From Candidatus Hydrogenedentota bacterium (GTDB lineage: Bacteria > Hydrogenedentota > Hydrogenedentia > Hydrogenedentales > SLHB01), in the NCBI GenBank assembly GCA_963674865.2, contig CAXXYE010000008.1, positions 32,001 to 96,000 of the forward strand: a DNA stretch of 64,000 bases. Direction: 5' to 3'. A program made the translations under genes and the position numbers. The notes below the pieces were generated by a model. It was given only the letters and a program-made list of their open reading frames with translations. It was not told the origin of the DNA and searched no databases. Of the stretch, positions 38,952 to 47,357 are shown one piece after another (the first letter of the stretch is position 1; the number at the start of each line of letters is the position of its first letter).

Positions 38952-39833
38952 TCACGATTCCTCCAACTCGACATAGAGTGTGCGGAGACTGGCCAAGTTC
39001 ACAGGACAAACAGAGTCGATATTCCTCAGCGTCTGCAGTTGCCGCACAACCATTTTCAAGGTGACGGACTGCGGGCATTGCTCGTCCGCGTAGTCGAAGT
39101 AGTTGTGTGTAAAGAAGCATAGGACTCGGAACGGCGTCCTCTCGGCCTCCATCCTTTCAAGGCTTTCCTCGACGATTGGCAGATGATGCGTCTCATAAGA
39201 GCCTGACTCGATCCGGAGTTCGGGCACCCACCCTTCAGGTGTGACGCGCCGTGGGGAAGTGGTGAGAGGCACTTCGAGGAAGCCGGAAAGGCCGGGCGAG
39301 AGCCGCTCGGTGGGATGCGCCCAATGAGCATCCTGGCAGGCGCCGCGCCAACGCGCATGAAAACGCGGGATGTCTCTGCCCGGGCAGGATACGGAGCCCT
39401 GCGAGAATCCCAACTCCGCAAGGACCCCGAAGGTGGCGTCGCTTGCCGAGAAGTTGCCCGGCCGAAAAGAGGTGGGCCGATCGCCTAGCGCGTCCGCTAT
39501 CATGGCCAGCCCCTCTTGAAGCACCTTGGCCTGTGTCTCCGCCGCGTATTCCCCAACGTAGCGCGTGTATTGATGCTTCCCGAAGTACTGGGAGTGCATG
39601 TGCATACCAAGGTCGACTCCCTCCGCTGCAAGATCCCGCAGGAGTCTGCGGTGTCGCTGTGCGGCTTCAGGCATCAGGAATAGTGTGGGCGTGATGCCAT
39701 CCGCGAGCAAAGTCTCGCAGAAGCCCGTGATGGCCCGTTCGCTCAAGGCCCAAGATTCCGGCCCATCTTCGGGGACGAGCGTGGCGATGCGCTCGCAATC
39801 CATCGTGAAAACGACGTACAGCGGCGAAGTCAT
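38952..39833 (-). CDS. Polysaccharide deacetylase-family (NodB-like) protein
   Basis: VFTMDCE, PTLF, LGMHMH, SFRPG, LEVP and FTHNY motifs. Confidence 0.8.
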   Translation of the reverse strand: MTSPLYVVFTMDCERIATLVPEDGPESWALSERAITGFCETLLADGITPTLFLMPEAAQRHRRLLRDLAAEGVDLGMHMHSQYFGKHQYTRYVGEYAAETQAKVLQEGLAMIADALGDRPTSFRPGNFSASDATFGVLAELGFSQGSVSCPGRDIPRFHARWRGACQDAHWAHPTERLSPGLSGFLEVPLTTSPRRVTPEGWVPELRIESGSYETHHLPIVEESLERMEAERTPFRVLCFFTHNYFDYADEQCPQSVTLKMVVRQLQTLRNIDSVCPVNLASLRTLYVELEES

Positions 39834-40016
39834 ATCATCCTCCCTACCACCCATTGCGTCGAAGTATAGCTCTTCCGTCTCTCCATGCACCTCTCAAGAT
39901 CCCCGCCCGCATGATTTGACGGCGGATCGCCCTGCTTGTACTCTGACAAGACTTTGCAGAAGCCGCCCGTGGGCGCGTTTATACCGAAGCCCCTGAACCA
40001 AGAGGATGTGCGCAAA

Positions 40017-41534
40017 ATGGATCGCAGTCTCGTTGATGAAGCACGCCGTGTGGCCACCATGATCGGTAGCCGTCTCGTGATGAAGATACCCGCCATGCTG
40101 GCCGCCGGGGAGGAGTTCTCCGCAAGATTTAGTGTCATAGGCCCCGACGGGTTGCCGCTCGACAGCTTCCCGTTTCCCCTTGTTTTCGAGGAAAGTCTGG
40201 GCGTTGAGGGACTTCCGGAGTCCTTTCAGTTCCCGAAGGGAGCGTATGCCGCTGAGGTAGACGGCCTCCGAGCGATTGGCCCGGAAGTGGCCCTGATCCG
40301 CGCGCGGCTGGAAGAAACCGGCAAGCTTGCCGGTGACCCTGTGGTTGTCTCAAACCCGGCGTGGGTGGAGGAAGCGCCGCCGTATCGCCTCTTCTGGGGC
40401 GATATCCACGTGCATACGCGGTACTCCAACTGCAGCGGCTGGCGGTGTCTGCATCCCGAGTGGTGCTACGAGTACGCCCGAGATATTTCACTTCTGGACT
40501 TCGCTGCTCCCGCCGACCACCTGCGCGGAATTGCCGCCGAGGCCGAACGCTGGCCGACACTCCAGAAGCTTGCTGCCTCCTACAACCAGCCGGGCCGGTT
40601 TGTCACTTTCCTTGCCTTCGAGAGTTCCCATGCTCAGGGATACGGCGGCGACAACAATGTCTACTACTTGGGCGATGACGCACCCCACTTCTGGGTCGAC
40701 CGGGAAGACATGCGAGGGATTTCCCCGGCGGTCCATCTCAGAGAATTGTGGGCGCAACTGGACCGGAATGGAAAAGAGTACATGACAATCCCGCATCATA
40801 CGGGAAGGGCGCGCAAGTACCGGACCTGGGAGGAAGACTACTACGACGCTGAGCGCGAGCCCCTCTTCGAGATCTACTCCAGTTGGGGCTCTTCAGAGAA
40901 GCGGTGGTCCCGTTTGCCGATCAGCGGCGGCAATAATGACGAGAAGACCTATTTCGTCGACGCGCTGAAGGCCGGGACGCGGTTCGGTGTGATCGCGTCA
41001 AGCGACGACCACGCTACGCTGCCCGGAAGCGTCCACCATTTCCGCGTGGATCCTTTCTCACAACCCACGCTGAACGGACACGCGCATAAGGGGCTGGCGG
41101 CCGTGCGCGCGCCCGAACTCTCGCGCGAGGCCTTGTTTGGCTCCATGACGAGGCGCAACACGTATGCTACGACCCACAGCCGCTCCCTTCTGGACGTCAC
41201 CATCGGGGATGCCTCCATGGGGCAGGAGCTATCCGCGGATGCAGCGCTGAAGAAGCGGCGCATGATTCAGATCAAGTACACACCGGAGAATGCGCGCGGC
41301 GCTGCCGTCACCCTCATGCGCAATGGCGAGCCCGTCGAAACCATAGAGCTGAAGGCTCAAGACCTCCCCCGCAAGGTGAACGAGGTCGTGTTCGAAGATG
41401 CCGAAGACCTGGAGCGTATCGCCTTGCGCGACACCAAGTTCCACCCCGAGCCCTTCGCTGTCTACTACGTGCGCGTCGAGGACAGCCAAGGCGCGCACCA
41501 GTGGTCAAGTCCCATATGGATTGACCTGGAGTAA
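40017..41534 (+). CDS. DUF3604 / PHP-like metallohydrolase
   Basis: FWGDIHVHT, LDFAAPADH, IPHH, EIYSSWG, IASSDDH, TYATT and YYVRV..WSSPIW motifs. Confidence 0.85.
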   Translation: MDRSLVDEARRVATMIGSRLVMKIPAMLAAGEEFSARFSVIGPDGLPLDSFPFPLVFEESLGVEGLPESFQFPKGAYAAEVDGLRAIGPEVALIRARLEETGKLAGDPVVVSNPAWVEEAPPYRLFWGDIHVHTRYSNCSGWRCLHPEWCYEYARDISLLDFAAPADHLRGIAAEAERWPTLQKLAASYNQPGRFVTFLAFESSHAQGYGGDNNVYYLGDDAPHFWVDREDMRGISPAVHLRELWAQLDRNGKEYMTIPHHTGRARKYRTWEEDYYDAEREPLFEIYSSWGSSEKRWSRLPISGGNNDEKTYFVDALKAGTRFGVIASSDDHATLPGSVHHFRVDPFSQPTLNGHAHKGLAAVRAPELSREALFGSMTRRNTYATTHSRSLLDVTIGDASMGQELSADAALKKRRMIQIKYTPENARGAAVTLMRNGEPVETIELKAQDLPRKVNEVVFEDAEDLERIALRDTKFHPEPFAVYYVRVEDSQGAHQWSSPIWIDLE

Positions 41535-41557
41535 AACCGCCACACGGCTGGTGGTTT
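41534..41557 (+). terminator. Hairpin after the DUF3604 gene (possible intrinsic terminator)
   Basis: AAACCGCCA-6 nt-TGGTGGTTT, a 9-bp stem with one G-U pair and only a short U tail. Confidence 0.5.
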
Positions 41558-41665
41558 GAGTGCATCTTTCGGCCATCGCTCCCGTCACGTGCCGACGCGA
41601 TGTCGCATTTTGGGGGAGTGGGGGCTCTTGTATGCAAGGGCTTGATTCAGGAGCAAGCAAGGAAG

Positions 41666-42172
41666 ATGCTGTCGGACGGGAAATTAGTGGAATCCACATG
41701 TGCGGGCAACCGTGATGCTTACGGCGAACTCGTGAAACGCTATGAGCGTGCTGTATACGCCGTGGCTCTTGAGGTCTTGAACGATTTCCACGCCGCCCAG
41801 GATGTGGCTCAGGACGCTTTTCTGGTTGCCTATGAAAAGCTCGGGACGCTGCGAAAGCCGGCAGCCTTCGGGGCGTGGCTTCTACGCATCGCCCGCCGCC
41901 TTGCCTTGAGGTCCGCACGTAGGCATTCAACGCTTCCGCCTCATGGACTGCCCCCTGAGACAAGCGCCAATCCCAACCATCAATTGGACGATCCGTCCCG
42001 CGCCCTGTTGGATGCTGTGATGCGTCTGCCGCTTCATGAGCGTCAAGTCATTATGCTGCATTACTTTGAGTCGCGCTCAGTGCGTGCAGTCGCCGAGATC
42101 GTTGGGCGCCCCGTTGGCACCGTCACCAAGCAACTGTCCCGCGCCAGAAACCGTTTGGCGCGCATGCTATGA
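41666..42172 (+). CDS. ECF RNA polymerase sigma factor
   Basis: AYGELVKRY, AQDVAQDAF, FGAWLLRIA and GTVTKQLSRAR motifs. Confidence 0.92.
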   Translation: MLSDGKLVESTCAGNRDAYGELVKRYERAVYAVALEVLNDFHAAQDVAQDAFLVAYEKLGTLRKPAAFGAWLLRIARRLALRSARRHSTLPPHGLPPETSANPNHQLDDPSRALLDAVMRLPLHERQVIMLHYFESRSVRAVAEIVGRPVGTVTKQLSRARNRLARML

Positions 42173-42182
42173 GGAACGAGTG

Positions 42183-43040
42183 ATGAATACGAGTGGGTCG
42201 TTGGACGAAAGACTGCGGGCGTTGGGCGCCGAGCTGAGCTTCGATGGGTCGATGGCGGAGCGAGTGATGAACCGTGTGAAGAACATGCAGCGAACGCCGG
42301 GAGTCCCGCCGTTGCGCCGTCGCGTCCTAAGACCGGCGTTGGCATGCACCGTGAGCCTGGTCATCAGCGTGGCCGCGGGACTCGCGGGAGGCTATGGGCA
42401 GGTCGTGGCCGCAGTTGAACCGGGGGCGGCCCGTGGCGCCGCTCACCAACTGGCCATCCTCTCCATTCTCACGTTATTAGGCCTGTTGCTGGCCATAGTA
42501 GTCTGTATCCCGTGGTTGCTCGTAGTGGCCATGAGAGGCAGGAAGTACGGCGCCGTGCTCTGGTTGGCCGCCTTCGGCGTTCTCGTCGGGCACACCGTTT
42601 GGCAGGCAAGCATGCTGCCCGCGCCGGCGGGCATCGACGTGGCCCTTGCCGCAACAAGCGCCTCGGGAGACGTGTCCGTCCATGCCATTCGCATGGCCTC
42701 GCCGAGCAAGGGACACAGTGTCATCGAGGTGGACGCCTCAAACGCGGGGAACGAGCAACGTTCTCTGGCCCTGGTTTACTATGCCAAGGGTGGCAAGATC
42801 GGGCCCTTCTACAGCCCAGGAGCAAGTTCGGGAGGAATGAGCAAAGTCATTCCCCCGGGCTGGACGGGCACCCTGTCCTTTGACTTCCGCGTCCAGCACA
42901 CGTTTGGCTACGGAGGAGGGGTGGATATTGCGCTCGGGGTACTGCCCTTCGCTCGGGAGCGAGATATGTACTATCCACTTCCCGGGGAAGCCGAAGAGAT
43001 CTTCGCGGAGCAGTTCATGCTTGTGCCCGAGAAGCGGTAA
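42183..43040 (+). CDS. Putative membrane anti-sigma factor
   Basis: Directly follows the ECF gene; short cytoplasmic N-terminus, 3 TM segments and a beta-rich C-terminal domain. Confidence 0.6.
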   Translation: MNTSGSLDERLRALGAELSFDGSMAERVMNRVKNMQRTPGVPPLRRRVLRPALACTVSLVISVAAGLAGGYGQVVAAVEPGAARGAAHQLAILSILTLLGLLLAIVVCIPWLLVVAMRGRKYGAVLWLAAFGVLVGHTVWQASMLPAPAGIDVALAATSASGDVSVHAIRMASPSKGHSVIEVDASNAGNEQRSLALVYYAKGGKIGPFYSPGASSGGMSKVIPPGWTGTLSFDFRVQHTFGYGGGVDIALGVLPFARERDMYYPLPGEAEEIFAEQFMLVPEKR

Positions 43041-43092
43041 GCGCCGCTTACGAGTACCCCTGGCCTGTGTGGCATGAAGGCTGGCGTGGCGC

Positions 43093-44226
43093 CTACTCGA
43101 AATTCGTCTCAAGCTCACGGTCGAGGGCGCGTCCGTACCAGCGGTTAAAGATAAGTACCGCCGCCACCAGAGAGAGCCACGCGTAAGGTTGCATGAATGT
43201 CGCCAGTCCCCAGGCGAAGAGATGTCCGAGGAGTTCCTCGCGCGCGGCGATGCCCGTCACGGCGCCCCAGAAAGCCACCAGGGCGACGGATACCAGCATC
43301 TGTCCCGTTATCTTCGCTTCAAGATAGGCTGTCTTCTTCCGGAACAGAAGCACCATCCCCGTGAGTAGAGACAGCGTCCCCAGGACGGGGCAGGCGACGA
43401 AGTCGAGCGATGTGAGGCTGATGCGGCCCACGGACGCGGTCGCTGGCTGGGCCGCCCTGCCTGTCCACACCAGGTAGGCGAGGAGGATGGAGTAGGCCCA
43501 CAGGCCGCCGAAGACGACGATGGAGCACCAGGCCACCGCCCTCACCAGCCGGGAAGAACCGCCCGCCGTGACTGCTTCGCGGTTTTCTCGGAGTCGAGCG
43601 ACCCTGATCTGCGCGTTTGGACTCAACATGGCGAGTTGCTGGACGCTCCAGCAGACAAACATGATGCCCACCACCGTCGACAGCAGCGCCATAGTGTTGA
43701 TGCCGGGCCCGGACGCCCCCGCTCCGCCCACAAAGAGCTGGTAAACGCCTGCAAAGAACAGGAGCGGAGCGTTCAGGCTATAGACTCCGCGGTGAGGATA
43801 GACTAAGCCCACGGCGCCACTCCCGAGGAGCGCCGCCCCCCACATCCACCAGAAAACGTCCGGTAGGACTAGGAAGAGAATGCCCGAAAGCCCTAGTGCC
43901 ACGGCCTGTAGGCGCACTTCCTTTCGGGCTTCCCCGGGCGATTTCCGGGGCATGCACGTCATGAGACGAACGAGGTCGCCACGTCCCAGGTAGAATGAGT
44001 GGGATTTGACGCCTTCCAGCACGGCGAAGGTGACGATCCAGCCCCGAAAGAGGTCCCGTTGGAGGCGCAGGTATTGGGCAACGTGCTCGCGAGGTACCAT
44101 CAGCACCTCCCGTTTCTGAGGGTCCCACAGGCGCACGACGGTGGTGTCGAACTCGGCCGTCCACACCTCCTTGGTGCGTGTGTTCTTGAGCCTGAGCGAA
44201 AGCGTGTTCAGTGGAACGCCCCCCAA
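43093..44226 (-). CDS. Hypothetical multi-pass membrane protein
   Basis: TTG start after AAGGAG; soluble N-terminus then about 8 TM segments. Confidence 0.7.
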   Translation of the reverse strand: MGGVPLNTLSLRLKNTRTKEVWTAEFDTTVVRLWDPQKREVLMVPREHVAQYLRLQRDLFRGWIVTFAVLEGVKSHSFYLGRGDLVRLMTCMPRKSPGEARKEVRLQAVALGLSGILFLVLPDVFWWMWGAALLGSGAVGLVYPHRGVYSLNAPLLFFAGVYQLFVGGAGASGPGINTMALLSTVVGIMFVCWSVQQLAMLSPNAQIRVARLRENREAVTAGGSSRLVRAVAWCSIVVFGGLWAYSILLAYLVWTGRAAQPATASVGRISLTSLDFVACPVLGTLSLLTGMVLLFRKKTAYLEAKITGQMLVSVALVAFWGAVTGIAAREELLGHLFAWGLATFMQPYAWLSLVAAVLIFNRWYGRALDRELETNFE

Positions 44227-44435
44227 TTCAAACTCCTTCTTAGCAATGTCGCCGGCCGCCTGAGAAGCGTCCGTGCTTGCTCCTTACCATAATACCATAC
44301 TGCCCGCCTTCCTCGGCCATCAGGACGGAGCCTTCTGACCTCCAACTTCGCAGCGCCCGCGTGTGTGGTCGCTCCTGTTGCTGAGTGAGGTCGAAGCATA
44401 CCGCCCGATGCCGATAGGCGAGTGCAGAGCCGCAT

Positions 44436-44464
44436 TTGAGCAGGCCTTCGTGTTTTGGTATGAT
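44436..44464 (+). promoter_or_regulatory. Sigma70 promoter of the rpsF operon
   Basis: TTGAGC-17 nt-TATGAT with a TG extended -10. Confidence 0.65.
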
Positions 44465-44525
44465 CCACCTCTGGTTTGTTTCTGGTTTGCCTTTACAACC
44501 TGAACCGCCGAAGGGAGGTGAAGAT
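44465..44525 (+). promoter_or_regulatory. Candidate rpsF leader (S6:S18-binding autoregulatory RNA)
   Basis: GGUU/AACC stems and a CCG just 5' of the SD-containing AAGGGAGGUG. Confidence 0.4.
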
Positions 44526-44966
44526 TTGAGGACCTACGAAGCGCTCTACATCGTCCGTCCCGACTTGAAGGACGATGAGATCCAGACGGTAGCAAACGGT
44601 GTTGAATCGCTAGTGACGGAGAACGCCGGGACTATCGTGCGCTCGGAGATCTGGGGCAAGCGACGGCTTGCGTACGAGGTACAGAAGTTCAACGAGGGGT
44701 GTTATGTGCTGCTGAGATTTACAGCCGTCCCCACGCTAGTCGCCCGTCTCGAGAATCATTTCCGACTCACGGAAGCCATTATCCGTTATCTGGTCGTTCA
44801 TTTCAGCGAGCATGACCTACGCCTGGAAGAGGAACAGCAAAAACGCAAGCAAGACGAGATTCACCCCGGCGCCGGCGGGCCTGCGCGCGACGGACGCCGC
44901 GGCGCCTACCGAAAGCGTGATAGCGAAGACGGCGAACGGGATACACGTAGAGACGAGGAAGAGTAA
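44526..44966 (+). CDS. rpsF: 30S ribosomal protein S6
   Basis: TTG start; RTYEALYIVRP and WGKRRLAYEV motifs. Confidence 0.96.
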   Translation: MRTYEALYIVRPDLKDDEIQTVANGVESLVTENAGTIVRSEIWGKRRLAYEVQKFNEGCYVLLRFTAVPTLVARLENHFRLTEAIIRYLVVHFSEHDLRLEEEQQKRKQDEIHPGAGGPARDGRRGAYRKRDSEDGERDTRRDEEE

Positions 44967-44984
44967 CGGGGGAGGATAATTCGG

Positions 44985-45410
44985 ATGTCGGACCTACGAA
45001 TGCCGGACCTCAACCAGGTGTTGCTTTGCGGCAGGCTTACCCGTGACCCGGAACTGCGCTATCTGCCTTCAGGTACGGCGCTCTGCAAGCTCGGGCTCGC
45101 GGTATCGCGAAGATATCGGTCGAAAGAAGGGGAGCGCAAAGAAGAGACCCTCTTCATCAACGTGACCGTATGGGAGAAGCAGGCCGAGTTCTGCGGAGAG
45201 AATCTCCGCAAGGGTCGGCCGGTGCTTGTCGAAGGGCAACTGCAAAGCGACGAGTGGGAAGATAAGCAAACTGGGCAACGGCGATCGAGCATTCAAGTGC
45301 GCGCCCGCCGTATCCAGCAACTGGACTGGGCCGACCAGGGCGCGCCGCCCCCCAAGCCGGAACCCCGCGTGATCGAGGAACCGATACCCGAGGACGACAT
45401 CCCGTTTTAG
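44985..45410 (+). CDS. ssb: Single-stranded DNA-binding protein
   Basis: GRLTRDPELRY, VLVEGQL and a C-terminal DDIPF. Confidence 0.97.
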   Translation: MSDLRMPDLNQVLLCGRLTRDPELRYLPSGTALCKLGLAVSRRYRSKEGERKEETLFINVTVWEKQAEFCGENLRKGRPVLVEGQLQSDEWEDKQTGQRRSSIQVRARRIQQLDWADQGAPPPKPEPRVIEEPIPEDDIPF

Positions 45411-45434
45411 CTGCTCCGTTTTTGGAGGTTATCC

Positions 45435-45701
45435 ATGGCGAAAACAACCGCCAGAATAAAGTCGAAGGCGAAAAAGAGAAAGAAGAAAGGTCTGGGGCGC
45501 AAGAAAGTGTGCCGCCTGACCGTGGATCGTGTTGTATACATCGACTACAAAGATGTGGGCCTGCTGAAGCACTTCGTGACGGAGCGCGGCAAGATCATCC
45601 CGCGCCGCATCACGGGAGCAACGGCGAAGCACCAGCGTATGCTTACACGAGCCATTAAGCTGGCGCGCCAGATCGCGCTCTTGCCCTACTCGGCGGACTA
45701 G
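45435..45701 (+). CDS. rpsR: 30S ribosomal protein S18
   Basis: [17 protein letters not shown] and ARQIALLPY motifs. Confidence 0.97.
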   Translation: MAKTTARIKSKAKKRKKKGLGRKKVCRLTVDRVVYIDYKDVGLLKHFVTERGKIIPRRITGATAKHQRMLTRAIKLARQIALLPYSAD

Positions 45702-45705
45702 CTAG

Positions 45706-45785
45706 ACCTGCGGAGCGCTCCTTGCCGTCCGTGACGATGTCGTTCGTGCGGACGCATCGGTCGCATAGGAGCGCATTCCGTGGGT
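45706..45785 (+). other. Long imperfect RNA hairpin between rpsR and the DUF2232 gene
   Basis: Nested pairings ACCTGCGGA/TCCGTGGGT, GCGCTCCT/AGGAGCGC and CGTCCG/CGGACG. Confidence 0.6.
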
Positions 45786-45796
45786 AAACCTCATCA

Positions 45797-46768
45797 ATGC
45801 CCTGGAGTCGGGCCATGGTTGCGTATCTGACCACCGCTCTCGCCCTCTTTTTGGCTGCCCTCATGGCTACGTGGGCACGTCTCTATCCTTTGGGCATTGT
45901 GGTATTTCCCGTGCCTGTGGCGCTCTACTTGGCGCGCGGTCGACGTGGGTTGGCGGCGGGCCTAATCGCCTGTGTGGGCGTCGGCGCCTTGGCGGCGTCC
46001 GGGGCGTGGGAGGTGGGCCTGCTCTACCTCTTGGCGGCGGGTGCGGGGTGGCCCCTAGGCTTGGGACTGACCCGGCGCTGGGCCTACGGCAGGATGGTGA
46101 GCATCCTTACCGTGTGGGCGTTTGCGCTGGTCTTGATGAGCATTGTTGGCGCGTGGGATGATTGGAACGCTCAGGCCGTTTTTGCGCATGACACCTTGAC
46201 CGCGGAGTTGGACAAGCGTACCGAGGCGAATCCAGCGGACGAGCAGGCCGCGGCAATCCGCGCCAACCTGACTTGGCTCAAGGATCGCTGGGCGTCTCTT
46301 GGGCTGGGCCTTACGTTCTGCCCGGTGCTGATCGGCGCGTGCGTTGCGGTGTCATTCATGGCCCGCTGGGCCCGGCTGAGGTGCGGACGGCCCGGGCCTC
46401 GTGGCTCCTTCAGGGACATGCGTGTCCCGGAATGGCTAGTGTGGGTCGTCATTTTGGCCGCCGTTACGTGGTTTATTGACCGGCGATGGCCCGTGACTGG
46501 ACTTCGGATTGTATCGTGGAACACGGCTGTCGGACTTTCGGCTGTGTATTGGCTGAACGGCCTATCGATCCTGGTTTACGCGGCGACGGTGTTGCGGCCC
46601 CACTTGTTTGTTACCGTGGCCGCAGTGTTCGTGTTGTTTTACTTGGGCGTTCATCCGGTGTTGTGTTTTGTTGGATTGTTTGATACTTGGAGCGACTTCC
46701 GGCGTAGGATAGACCGGTTCATATTAGAACGGAGCCGGCGTATCCCCCCGGAAGACGACGCACCTTAG
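45797..46768 (+). CDS. DUF2232 (YybS-like) membrane protein
   Basis: Multi-TM, FRDMRVPEWLVW and GLFDTWSDFR; canonical position between rpsR and rplI. Confidence 0.85.
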   Translation: MPWSRAMVAYLTTALALFLAALMATWARLYPLGIVVFPVPVALYLARGRRGLAAGLIACVGVGALAASGAWEVGLLYLLAAGAGWPLGLGLTRRWAYGRMVSILTVWAFALVLMSIVGAWDDWNAQAVFAHDTLTAELDKRTEANPADEQAAAIRANLTWLKDRWASLGLGLTFCPVLIGACVAVSFMARWARLRCGRPGPRGSFRDMRVPEWLVWVVILAAVTWFIDRRWPVTGLRIVSWNTAVGLSAVYWLNGLSILVYAATVLRPHLFVTVAAVFVLFYLGVHPVLCFVGLFDTWSDFRRRIDRFILERSRRIPPEDDAP

Positions 46769-46812
46769 TCTGGTAAGGGCTCTGAGGGGGCGAGCCAAGG
46801 GAGGAATTTTGG

Positions 46813-47274
46813 GTGAAGGTTATCCTTTGTGAGAACGTGCCGAACCTCGGCGAGATGGGCAAGACGGTGAGTGTACCTGACGGCTATGGGCGGAACTTCC
46901 TTATCCCGCGCAAGTTGGCTGTGCAGGCTGACTCGGGGAGCGCGAAGCAGCTCGAGCATGAGCGCCGGATCATTCAGCGCCGTGAGGAGAAGCAGCGCGC
47001 GCAACTGGCCGAGAAAGCCAAGGCTATCGAGGGGCTTACCATCGAGATTCAGGCGTTGGCCGGGGAAGAGGACCGCATTTTCGGTTCCGTGACAACGGCA
47101 AACATCGCCGAGAAACTTAACGAGATGGGCCACGCGATTGATCGCAAGAGCATCTTGCTGGAAGAGCCGATCAAGGCCCTGGGCATATTTGCCGTGCCCG
47201 TCCGCCTCGCGAGCGGGATTGAGGCCAGCGTGAAAGTCTGGGTCAACGCGGCGGAAAAGAGCGCGGAAGAATAG
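46813..47274 (+). CDS. rplI: 50S ribosomal protein L9
   Basis: MKVIL, GYGRNFLIP, IFGSVT and PIKALG motifs. Confidence 0.97.
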   Translation: MKVILCENVPNLGEMGKTVSVPDGYGRNFLIPRKLAVQADSGSAKQLEHERRIIQRREEKQRAQLAEKAKAIEGLTIEIQALAGEEDRIFGSVTTANIAEKLNEMGHAIDRKSILLEEPIKALGIFAVPVRLASGIEASVKVWVNAAEKSAEE

Positions 47275-47357
47275 CCTCTCGAGAGCCCGCCGAAAATGTT
47301 ATGCTTGTTGTACTGTGCGCCCAAAGGTAAGTGCGGGCGCGAGGGAGGCTTCCGAAG

